DNA of 64,000 nt, from NCBI GenBank assembly GCA_963810095.1, contig CAWEMM010000010.1, positions 192,001-256,000 of the forward strand. Reading direction: 5' to 3'. The position numbers were made by a program, and so were the translations under genes. The notes beneath the pieces were generated by a model, which was given only the letters and a program-made list of their open reading frames with translations, was not told the origin of the DNA and made no database searches. The DNA is from an uncultured Chloroflexia bacterium. Its GTDB lineage: Bacteria; Chloroflexota; Anaerolineae; CG2-30-64-16. Shown here in pieces: positions 20,740-29,419 of the stretch; position 1 is the stretch's first letter; each line of letters begins with the position of its first letter.

Positions 20740-20820
20740 TCGTACTAATAGGAACGAACTGGTCGACCCCATCATTTGTCTAGCACTGCCGCTCTCGTCG
20801 ACGTCGAAAGGAGCGCACCT

Positions 20821-21477
20821 GTGACCGATACCACCTCCCGCCAGAGCGGGATTCCGGCGCCCAGCCTGCGGCGCCTGCCGGTGTACTACCGCCGGCTGGT
20901 GCAGGCGCTCGAGCAAGGGCGCAGCAATGTTTCTTCAAAAGAACTCGGCGATGCGGCCGGGGTGCCGGATGCGCAGGTGCGCAAGGACCTGGGCTATCTC
21001 TCATACGAAGGGCGGCCCGGGGTAGGTTACGACGTCCGCCTGCTGGCAGCGTGCCTCGAGGAGTTCCTGGGCCTGGCAAACGACAAGGATGCGGTGCTGG
21101 TCGGCCTCGGAAACCTGGGCCGGGCGCTGGTGTACTATCCGGGTTTTGAGCGCTACGGGCTGCACATTATTGCGGTGTTCGACAGCGATCCCGCCAAGCA
21201 GGGGCGCCTCCCTGATGGGAGGCAAGTGTTCCCCGCCGAGAAGCTGACCGACCTGGTGAGCCGGCTGCAGATTCGCATTGGGATCATTACGGTGCCAGAG
21301 GCAGCCGCACAAGCCGTCGCGGACGCGCTGATCGCGGGTGGGGTGCAGGTCATCTGGAATTTTGCGTCGTGCAAGCTGAACGTGCCGCGCGACATCTTGC
21401 TGAAGAATGAGGACCTGGCCGCCGAGTTGGCGACCTTGTCCCATCACATCACGCAGCGCAAGCTGGGAGCGGGCTGA
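20821..21477 (+). CDS. rex: Redox-sensing repressor Rex
   Basis: RRLPVYYR, SSKELG, QVRKDL, GLGNLG, IWNFA; GGAG RBS before GTG. Confidence 0.93.
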   Translation: MTDTTSRQSGIPAPSLRRLPVYYRRLVQALEQGRSNVSSKELGDAAGVPDAQVRKDLGYLSYEGRPGVGYDVRLLAACLEEFLGLANDKDAVLVGLGNLGRALVYYPGFERYGLHIIAVFDSDPAKQGRLPDGRQVFPAEKLTDLVSRLQIRIGIITVPEAAAQAVADALIAGGVQVIWNFASCKLNVPRDILLKNEDLAAELATLSHHITQRKLGAG

Positions 21478-21478
21478 G

Positions 21479-21611
21479 TAACCACAAAGTCACCGAAGAC
21501 ACGAAGGGTCACGAAGTTTTGGGGAGCCTTGAAGATATCGGGTTCTTCGAAGAAACCAAGGGCCTGGTTAGGGCCTCTGTGGACTTAGCGCCTTAGTGGC
21601 TTCGTGGTGAA
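21479..21611. repeat. CACAAAG-family palindrome
   Basis: aaccacaaagtcaccgaagacacgaag...cttcgtggtgaa. Confidence 0.6.
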
Positions 21612-21640
21612 GAAGCCCGTCGGCGGCAAATGGAGAAGGA

Positions 21641-21904
21641 ATGCTATCTATCGTCGTGTGCGTGGGCAGTTCGTGCTACGTTCGGGGGTCCGAGGGTCTC
21701 GCCGAGACGTTCGATGCGCTCATCCGGCAGCACGGGCTGGCTGCGACGGTGGAAGTGACGGGCGCGTTCTGCATGGACCAATGCTCGATGGGCGTGTCCG
21801 TTCGGGTGGGCGACAAGCTCTACCGCTGCGTCGACCCCCAGAACGCGCTGTCGTTCTTCGAGCACGAGGTGATGCCCTGCCTGAAGGAGCCGGCGCAAGC
21901 ATGA
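21641..21904 (+). CDS. Thioredoxin-like [2Fe-2S] ferredoxin (HfsA-like)
   Basis: CVGSSC...FCMDQC; upstream of the sensory hydrogenase. Confidence 0.85.
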   Translation: MLSIVVCVGSSCYVRGSEGLAETFDALIRQHGLAATVEVTGAFCMDQCSMGVSVRVGDKLYRCVDPQNALSFFEHEVMPCLKEPAQA

Positions 21905-23745
21905 ATGGCGAAGTGTGGTCTATGGGAAGCGCCAATGTGAAGGGGGCCGATTGGGTCCCCGTCGTCAGCACGAACCCCGCGCGCTGCCGCGACTGCTATC
22001 GCTGCGTGCGCATCTGCCCCGTCAAGGCGGTGCGGGTGGCCAGCGGGCAGGCGGAGGTGGTGCCCGAGCTGTGCATCGAGTGCGCGTCCTGCGTGCGCGC
22101 CTGCCCCCAGCAGGCCAAAGTCGTGCGCGACGATCTGACGGGGGTCAAGGCCGCGCTGGCCGCCGGGCGAACGGTGGTCGCCAGCGTCGCACCCTCGGTC
22201 GCCGCCTACTTTCCCGTTCAGGGCGACCCCGCCGCCGGCTTGACCTCGTTCGAACCCCTCGCGCACGCGCTCGCTGCGCTGGGCTTTGCCGGCAGCGGTG
22301 AGACGGCGCTAGGTGCTGCCATGGTCGGACCCGCGCATAAGGAGTGGACGGTCGGCCACCCCGAGCGGTGGCCGGTGATCGCCTCTTCCTGCCCCGTGGT
22401 CGTCAACCTCGTGGAACAGGTGTACCCCGACCTGGTCGATCACATCGCGCCGGTCGTTTCGCCCATGATCGCGCACGGGCGCTATCTCAAGCAGGTGTAC
22501 GGCCAGGATGCCTTTGTCGTCTTCATCGGCCCGTGCATCGCCAAGAAGGGCGAGGCGACGGATACCGTGGCGGCGGGCGCGGTCGATGCCGCGCTGACGT
22601 TCGACGAGCTCGAGCGCTGGCTGGCGGAACGGGACATAACGCTGGAACAAACCTCGGCGGTTTCGCCGGTCGGGACCTCATCGGGCGAAACCTCGGACGG
22701 CCCGTCGCCCGCCCGCCTCTTCCCGCTGGAAGGCGGGCTGCTGGCCACGGCAAAGCTCGAAACGGACCTTCTGTCCACCAACATCCTGACCGGGTCGGGC
22801 ATGGGGGTCTGCCAGAACGTGCTGGACGGCATACGGGCCGGCGCGCTCCAGGTGGCGGTGGTCGAGCTGATGGCCTGCTCGGGCGGGTGTATCAACGGCC
22901 CGGCGCTCGAGAACCGGCCGAGCGTGGCGATTTCCCGCCAGCGGGTCCAGCGTTATGCCGCCGCCCGGGGCAAGCAGGCCGTCCCAGATCGCAGCGAGTG
23001 GCCCGACCTGTTCCGCACCTACTCGGACCGCAGCGTGCCCGAGCCGGCCTTCACCGAAGAGCAAATCCAGGCTGCCCTGCGCCAGGTGGGCAAGTATTCG
23101 TCGGAAGACGAGCTCAACTGCGGGTCGTGCGGGTACGCGTCGTGTCGCGAGAAGGCCATCGCAACGCTCAAGGGCATGGCCGAGCCGACCATGTGCATCC
23201 CCTACATGCGGGCCCGCGCCGAGTCGCTGAACAGCGTGGTCATGGACCTGACCCCCAACGCCATCGTGATCGTGGACGGCGACTTGCGAATCCAGGACAT
23301 GTCGACTTCCGCGGAGCGCATGTTCGGGCAGAGCCGGACGTCGGCACACGGGAAGCCGCTGCAGCAGGTCATCCCGGTCATCACGGATTTCGTCCATGTC
23401 CGTGACACCGGCGTGCCGGTGCAGAACAAGATCGTGCGGATGCCCAAGCTGAACAACGGCGGCGGCGAGCTGATCGTCGAGAAGACCATCGTAAAGGTCG
23501 CCGGCCCTTCTGTCACCCAGGGCAGCCACGACCTCATGCTTGCGATCTTCCGCGACGTGACAGAACGCGAGCAGCAGCGGCAGGAGCTCGAAACCCTGCG
23601 CACCGAAACGCTGCAGCGGACCCAGGAAGTGATCGCCAAGCAGATGCGGGTGGCGCACGAGATCGCCGGCCTGCTGGGCGAGACCACCGCAGAGACGAAG
23701 GTCGTGCTGACGCAGTTGTCGAAGCTGCTGCGCGGGAATGAATAG
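21901..23745 (+). CDS. Sensory [FeFe]-hydrogenase with PAS domain (HydS/HfsB-like, group C)
   Basis: 2x[4Fe-4S] motifs, H-cluster motifs ASSCP, GPCIAKKGE, ELMACSGGCING; FeS motif NCGSCGYASC; C-terminal PAS. Confidence 0.9.
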   Translation: MNGEVWSMGSANVKGADWVPVVSTNPARCRDCYRCVRICPVKAVRVASGQAEVVPELCIECASCVRACPQQAKVVRDDLTGVKAALAAGRTVVASVAPSVAAYFPVQGDPAAGLTSFEPLAHALAALGFAGSGETALGAAMVGPAHKEWTVGHPERWPVIASSCPVVVNLVEQVYPDLVDHIAPVVSPMIAHGRYLKQVYGQDAFVVFIGPCIAKKGEATDTVAAGAVDAALTFDELERWLAERDITLEQTSAVSPVGTSSGETSDGPSPARLFPLEGGLLATAKLETDLLSTNILTGSGMGVCQNVLDGIRAGALQVAVVELMACSGGCINGPALENRPSVAISRQRVQRYAAARGKQAVPDRSEWPDLFRTYSDRSVPEPAFTEEQIQAALRQVGKYSSEDELNCGSCGYASCREKAIATLKGMAEPTMCIPYMRARAESLNSVVMDLTPNAIVIVDGDLRIQDMSTSAERMFGQSRTSAHGKPLQQVIPVITDFVHVRDTGVPVQNKIVRMPKLNNGGGELIVEKTIVKVAGPSVTQGSHDLMLAIFRDVTEREQQRQELETLRTETLQRTQEVIAKQMRVAHEIAGLLGETTAETKVVLTQLSKLLRGNE

Positions 23746-23757
23746 GACAAGAGATAG

Positions 23758-24331
23758 ATGAAGACGAACACTTACCCACTCGATGCTATCTGGCCCCGCC
23801 TTGCGGGGTTCGGCCTGCTGTTAACGCTGGCGCTGCTGATCCCCGCGCTGGGCTGGCCCCAGCCGGTCACCGGGCCGCTGGTGAACGCGCTGCTGCTGAT
23901 TACCGTCGAGACGCTGGGCCTCTGGCCTGCCGATCGGGCTCGGGCTGCTGACGCCGCTCGGCGGCGCGCTGCACGGCGTGCTGCCCCTGCCGCTGATGGT
24001 GATGATCCCGTTCATCATGCTGGGTAATGCGACGCTGGTGGCCGTGTACGACCGGCTGCGCCGGCACAACCGCTGGCTGGCGCTGGGCGTTGCCGCGCTC
24101 GCCAAGTTCGGGGTGCTCTACGGCGCTGCCACGTTCTTCGTGGCGCGACCGTTGGAGCTGGCGCTGGGCGGGCCGGCGCGCACCGTCGTGATGCCCGCGG
24201 CCATCGTCAACATGATGTCGTGGCCCCAACTGGTGACCGCCGTTGCCGGGGGGCTGCTCGCATTTGCGGTGCTGCGCATCCGGCAGAAACCCGGTGTCTC
24301 CGAGAAACCGGGCTTCTTAAGGCTCACATGA
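23758..24331 (+). CDS. Membrane protein resembling an ECF S-component (frameshift ~23930)
   Basis: QPVTGPLVNALL, PFIMLGNA, WPQLVTA; continuous hydrophobic protein if one C is removed. Confidence 0.7.
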
Positions 24332-25500
24332 CTCCGATCGTCGAAGTGGCGTGGGACAGCCTGTGCAAGCACGGCGAGGAGCTGTGCGGCGACTGGGTCA
24401 AGGTCGTATCGACCGACGAAGACCTGGTGGTCGTGCTCTCAGACGGGCTGGGCAGCGGCGTCAAGGCGAACATCCTCGCAACGCTGACGGCCGAGATCGC
24501 CGCCGATATGCTCGAGAAGGGCGCCAGCATCGACGAGGTCGTGGAGACGCTGGTCGAAACGCTGCCCGAGTGCCAGGTGCGGCACCTCGCCTACGCGACC
24601 TTTGCCGTCTTGCGCGTCCACAAGGCGCGTGAGGCGTACCTGGCCGAGTACGATTGCCCGCCCCTGATCCTGGTTCGCGGCGGCAAGGTGGTCGAGCCGC
24701 CCATGCGCGAGCGCTGTATCGCGGGCCGCACAATCCGGGAGGGTCACTTCACGCTCGAATTGGACGACTATCTCGTGATGGTGAGCGACGGGTACATCCA
24801 CGCCGGTGTCGGCGGGCTCTACCGCATGGGGTGGGGCTGGAACAATCTCGGCATTGCGGTGCAGCGTTGGGCTGCCACCAGGGGCGATACGCACCAACTG
24901 GTGAATGCGCTGAGCCGGACGTGCCTGAAGCTCTCGAAGGAGCGCCTGGGCGACGATTCGACCTCGGTCGCCATGTGGGTGCGGCCGCAGCGTAAGGCAA
25001 CCGTGCTGACAGGCCCGCCGGCCGACCCGGCACGCGATGCCGAGGCGGTGCAGAAGCTGATGCAGTCGGGCGGCGTGAAGGCGATCTGCGGCGGGACGAC
25101 CGCGCAGATGGCGTCACGCGTGCTCGGGAAGCCCCTGCGAGTTGCGTGGCAGCCTGCGGCGAAAGGCGCGGCCAACGGCCCCGGGCGCAGGCTGCCGCCC
25201 ATGGGATTATTGGAAGGTGTCGACCTGGTGACCGAAGGCATCCTGACGATCAGCTCGGCCGTCGACCGGCTGCGCGACGTGAAGACGGTCCATGACCTGC
25301 CGAACGACCAGGACGCTGCCACCCGGCTCGCGCGCGAGCTGATGATCGCGGACCAGGTGCATTTCATCGTCGGCGGCGCGATCAATCCGCAGCAGCTGGC
25401 CGACGTCGTGCGGGGCGTGCCCATGCGCGAGATGTACCTGGACGAACTGATCGCCCGCCTGCGCGAGCGAAACAAAGCAGTCACAGTGGAGCACCTGTAG
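24328..25500 (+). CDS. SpoIIE/PP2C-family Ser/Thr phosphatase (HfsC-like)
   Basis: EELCGD, LSDGLGSGVKANIL, SDG, GDDST, CGGTTA. Confidence 0.9.
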   Translation: MTPIVEVAWDSLCKHGEELCGDWVKVVSTDEDLVVVLSDGLGSGVKANILATLTAEIAADMLEKGASIDEVVETLVETLPECQVRHLAYATFAVLRVHKAREAYLAEYDCPPLILVRGGKVVEPPMRERCIAGRTIREGHFTLELDDYLVMVSDGYIHAGVGGLYRMGWGWNNLGIAVQRWAATRGDTHQLVNALSRTCLKLSKERLGDDSTSVAMWVRPQRKATVLTGPPADPARDAEAVQKLMQSGGVKAICGGTTAQMASRVLGKPLRVAWQPAAKGAANGPGRRLPPMGLLEGVDLVTEGILTISSAVDRLRDVKTVHDLPNDQDAATRLARELMIADQVHFIVGGAINPQQLADVVRGVPMREMYLDELIARLRERNKAVTVEHL

Positions 25501-25640
25501 ACCAGTCGCACCAGGCGCAACCTGCGGTTTCCAAGGTCCCGAAAGGTTGATGGCCCGCCGCGTTGCCCCCGATTAGCCGGAGAGGGTGTGGGATGCTATA
25601 ATCTTCCCTGATTTCACGCTCACAAAGGCCTTTCTGACGT

Positions 25641-26141
25641 TTGAGTAGTCGACCGCGCCCCTACCCGGCATTGTTTTCAGTCGCCGTACTGACGTTGATC
25701 CTCACGCTCCTCCTGTCGAGCGGCGCCTTGGCGCGCGGGATGTTTCAGACGTCGCCGGTTGGCACCCCAACCCCCTTCGTGCCCACCGTCGCACCGCCGG
25801 GCATCGAGCCGCTGCCGACGGAGCCACTCCCGGTGTTGGAGCCGCCGACGTCCGTGCCCTTGCCGCCGACGGTCGGACCGACGCCGACGATTCAGGGCTT
25901 CCTCCCGGCGCCCACCATCGTCAACCCCAACGACCTGCAGTCGCTGCCACTCGCACAGCCGCCCGTGTCAGGCGGGGACCTGGCCGAGCCCACCGTCGCT
26001 CCCCCTGCGTCCACAGCCAGTTCGGCCGCACGCGTCGTGGTTGCGCTCGTCAACTACCTCTGGTTGCTCTGTGGCAGCGCGCTCCTGATCGGCGGCGTGG
26101 TCGCCATCGTCCTGATTTGGCGCCGCGGCCGGCCCACCTAG
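25641..26141 (+). CDS. Pro/Thr-rich exported protein with C-terminal membrane anchor
   Basis: Signal peptide, P/T-rich middle, C-terminal TM followed by RRGR. Confidence 0.7.
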   Translation: MSSRPRPYPALFSVAVLTLILTLLLSSGALARGMFQTSPVGTPTPFVPTVAPPGIEPLPTEPLPVLEPPTSVPLPPTVGPTPTIQGFLPAPTIVNPNDLQSLPLAQPPVSGGDLAEPTVAPPASTASSAARVVVALVNYLWLLCGSALLIGGVVAIVLIWRRGRPT

Positions 26142-26145
26142 CGGC

Positions 26146-27675
26146 ATGGCGCCCGGTGCACGCGGCGGCCGCACATATCGCAGCCCGGTCCTGGCGGCGA
26201 CCCTCCTGGCCTTTGCGCTGCGCTCCGGGTCGCTGCTCGCTCAGAGCCTCTGGCGTGACGAAGTAGATGCCCTGCTGTTCGCCACCCGCCCCCTCTCCGA
26301 CTCGCTTGGCATGTTCCGCCAGCCCGGGCAGAACGGTCCCCTCTTCTTTCTTGCACTGCGTCCCTGGCTGGCCGCGGTAGGGCACGGCGAGTTTGCTCTT
26401 CGGTTCCCGTCGGTGCTCTTCGGCACGCTGGCCGTCCCCTTGATCTTCGTCCTGATTGCCCGCGTTGCCGGCCGGCGGGTGGGGTTGGTTGCCGCGCTGC
26501 TCATGGCCACCGCGCCCTACGGCGTCTGGTACGGGCAAGAAGCCAAGATGTATGCGCTGCTGACCGTGCTGTGTCCTGCCTCGCTGCTCGCAATCGTGTG
26601 GCTGCGCGAAAGACGAGGTTGGCAGCCCTGGCTGGCCCTGTATCTCCTGACGAGCCTGAGCGCCTATACCCACCTGCTCGCGGCCCTGATCGTGCCGGTC
26701 CAGTTGGTATGGCTGGTGCTCATTCCGTGGAACGAGCGGCCCCTGCGCCGGCTGTTGGCCGCGCTGCTCTACCTGCTGGCTCTCGCCCTGCCCTATTTGC
26801 CGTTTCTGCGGTGGGCGCCCGGATTGTGGGCATCCGGCTTCCAGACGGGGCACCCGTTTGTGCCGCTCGGCGAGATGATCCAGATCTTGGCCGGCGCGTT
26901 CTCCCGCGGCGTGCTGGGAATCCGGCCGCTGGCGCTCCTGCCCTACGTGCTGGCACTGGTCGCGGGGGTCGTGCTCTGGCCCACGCTTGCGGCCGGCCGG
27001 GCAGAAGGCCCGCTTCGCCACGGGCTGGAGAGACTTTGGCGCACGGCCGACCGAGGGGCGGCGCGCCGGCGCTCCGTCGGGCTGCTGGCCACCTGGCTTT
27101 TTTTGCCCATCGCGCTCATCTACCTGATCACGCTGGGTATGCCCGTTTTCACGGATCGTTATCTCATCTGGATCATGCCCGCGTTCCTGGCCTTGCTGGC
27201 GTGTGGCATCGTCGCGCTTTCCGTATGGTGGCGTCCGCTGGGGGTCGTCGTGGCCGCCCTCATACTTGCATTCAACGGCTGGAGCATTTATCTTCAGGCG
27301 AGCCAATCCATCAAGGCTGATTTCCGCGCTGCCGCCGCGTACGTTCTGGCGCATTACCAGCCCGGCGACAAGATCATGTACCAGATTCCCTATAACCGGC
27401 TCACTTTCACGTATTACGCCAGCGGTCGACAGGACCCTGAGGATCCGGCATGGGCCGGCGTCGACGGGCCCTACACCAACTACGGCATGAGCGAGGCCGA
27501 GGCCGACGCTTGGATCGCGACCCGGATGGGGGGCGCACACGGCGTCTGGTTGGTGGCCTCCGAGGCGCCCATGTGGGATCAGCGTGATCTGACGGGCCGG
27601 TGGTTTGCCGAGAATGCGAGAGTTGCGGATCGCGCCGACTTCACCCGAGTGAGCGTGACCCGATTCGAACGGTAA
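26146..27675 (+). CDS. GT-C membrane glycosyltransferase (PMT/ArnT-like)
   Basis: SLWRDE, ALRFPS, YGQEAKMY, many TM helices. Confidence 0.85.
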   Translation: MAPGARGGRTYRSPVLAATLLAFALRSGSLLAQSLWRDEVDALLFATRPLSDSLGMFRQPGQNGPLFFLALRPWLAAVGHGEFALRFPSVLFGTLAVPLIFVLIARVAGRRVGLVAALLMATAPYGVWYGQEAKMYALLTVLCPASLLAIVWLRERRGWQPWLALYLLTSLSAYTHLLAALIVPVQLVWLVLIPWNERPLRRLLAALLYLLALALPYLPFLRWAPGLWASGFQTGHPFVPLGEMIQILAGAFSRGVLGIRPLALLPYVLALVAGVVLWPTLAAGRAEGPLRHGLERLWRTADRGAARRRSVGLLATWLFLPIALIYLITLGMPVFTDRYLIWIMPAFLALLACGIVALSVWWRPLGVVVAALILAFNGWSIYLQASQSIKADFRAAAAYVLAHYQPGDKIMYQIPYNRLTFTYYASGRQDPEDPAWAGVDGPYTNYGMSEAEADAWIATRMGGAHGVWLVASEAPMWDQRDLTGRWFAENARVADRADFTRVSVTRFER

Positions 27676-27786
27676 CAGCAAGAATCGAAGAACCGAAGCT
27701 GCGCAACGCCGGGCATACCCCGCCATCTTTGCGTACCCTTGGTGCTCAGGTTCTTGCTGTGCGCCAGACACTCACGGAGACTCAAC

Positions 27787-28545
27787 GTGCTGACCGAGTT
27801 TCATGCGTCGCTAACCCCGCTGGATGACGGGCAAGGCTACGGCGAACCCGATTGGATGCCCTCGCCCGACGAGGTGGCCCGGGCGCGGACCGAGATGGCG
27901 CGTCGCGGCGCCCTCTCGGCCTATCAGCGCGAGCCGGCCTCGACAAGCATGGTCGAGCCGGGCGCGACGCCGTGGGCCTGGATCGCCGGCGCAGTGCTGT
28001 GGCTGGTCACGTGGCCCGCGGTCATTGCCTTGCGGCTGGGGCTCGGTTGGTGGGAGGGCTGGCTGCCCGGCTGGCTGCCGCCGCTGATCGCGACGCTTCA
28101 CATGCTCGTGCTGGTAGGTCCGGTGATCGTCGCGGAGCGCGACTCCGGGCGCTCGGCGCTGCGCCGCCGCTTCGGTCGGGTGCAGACGCTGGCGCAGATG
28201 CTGGCGCTCGACCCTGCGGAGTTCGAAATCTGGATCGGGATGATGTTCCAACTGAATGGTTTCCGCGTTCGCAACACGCAGTACAGCGGCGACCACGGGG
28301 TAGACATCGAGGTGTCCCGGCCGCCGGTCAATACGGGGCTCGTGCAATGCAAGCGCTACCGTGGGACCGTGGGCGAGCGGGTCGTGCGGGAGCTTTACGG
28401 GACGTTGATTCACGAGCGGGGGGATCGGGCCTGGCTGGCCACCACCGGCGCCATCTCGCGACAGGCGCGCGAATGGGCGGCCGGGAAACCTATCGAGCTG
28501 TGGGACGGCCAGAAACTCGTGGAACTCGCGCGCCGCGCAAGGTAG
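27787..28545 (+). CDS. Mrr-like restriction endonuclease domain with N-terminal TM helices
   Basis: PAEFE, GDHGVD, VQCKRY, VRELYG, IELWDG; two TM segments. Confidence 0.82.
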   Translation: MLTEFHASLTPLDDGQGYGEPDWMPSPDEVARARTEMARRGALSAYQREPASTSMVEPGATPWAWIAGAVLWLVTWPAVIALRLGLGWWEGWLPGWLPPLIATLHMLVLVGPVIVAERDSGRSALRRRFGRVQTLAQMLALDPAEFEIWIGMMFQLNGFRVRNTQYSGDHGVDIEVSRPPVNTGLVQCKRYRGTVGERVVRELYGTLIHERGDRAWLATTGAISRQAREWAAGKPIELWDGQKLVELARRAR

Positions 28546-28559
28546 TCGACTTGGATCGC

Positions 28560-28620
28560 TAACACAAAGGCACGGAGGCACAACGTCACCATTTCTTTGT
28601 GTCCTTGTGTCTTTGTGTTA
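28560..28620. repeat. CACAAAG-family palindrome
   Basis: taacacaaaggcacggaggcac...ctttgtgtccttgtgtctttgtgtta. Confidence 0.75.
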
Positions 28621-28660
28621 AGAGGTTGTATTCGAGAACGGAGTTGACGAAGAGGTCGCC

Positions 28661-29419
28661 ATGAAACGCACTGTTACAAATCGTCCCCTGGTCTTCGCAC
28701 ATCGCGGTGCAAAGCGTGTCGCACCGGAGAACACCCTGCCGGCCTTCGAGGCCGCGATCCGGCTCGGCGCCGACGGGGTGGAGCTCGACGTGCAGTACAG
28801 CTCCGACGGCAAGCTCGTCATTTTCCACGACTTGAACCTGGAGAAAACTTCGGACGGCACCGGACGCGTCACGTCGCACACCTTCGACGAACTGCGCGGG
28901 CTCGACGCAGGGTCGCACTTCGGCCCCGAGTTTGCCGGTACGCAAATCCCGACGCTGGACGAAGTGCTCGACCTGGCCAAGGGCAAGCTGCTGGTCAACA
29001 TCGAGCTGAAGTCGCTGGATATTTCCAACGCCCGGCTGGGCGTCGACGTCGTGGCAGCCGTCCGCAATCACGGTATGGTTGACGAGGTTGTCATTAGCTC
29101 CTTCAACCCGTTTGCGCTGCGCCGCTCCAAGCAGGCGGGCCGCGAGATCGAGCATGCGCTGCTGCTTGCGCCCGACACGACCAACTGGACGCGGTGGGGG
29201 GTCACGCTGGGCTACTCGCTCGCAGACGGAGTGCACCCCGAGATCAAGATGGTCGATGCCGCCTACGTGGCGGCAGCGAAGCGGCGGAAAATGCCGGTGC
29301 GCGTTTGGACGGTGAACGACGAAGCCGACATGCGCCGCATGGCCGGCCTGGGGGTGGACGCGATCATCAGCGACACGCCCGACATCGCCCGACGGGTCAT
29401 CGAGGGAGGGGCGGCATGA
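28661..29419 (+). CDS. Glycerophosphodiester phosphodiesterase
   Basis: AHRGA, PENT, ELDV, HD, NIELK, WTVN. Confidence 0.95.
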   Translation: MKRTVTNRPLVFAHRGAKRVAPENTLPAFEAAIRLGADGVELDVQYSSDGKLVIFHDLNLEKTSDGTGRVTSHTFDELRGLDAGSHFGPEFAGTQIPTLDEVLDLAKGKLLVNIELKSLDISNARLGVDVVAAVRNHGMVDEVVISSFNPFALRRSKQAGREIEHALLLAPDTTNWTRWGVTLGYSLADGVHPEIKMVDAAYVAAAKRRKMPVRVWTVNDEADMRRMAGLGVDAIISDTPDIARRVIEGGAA

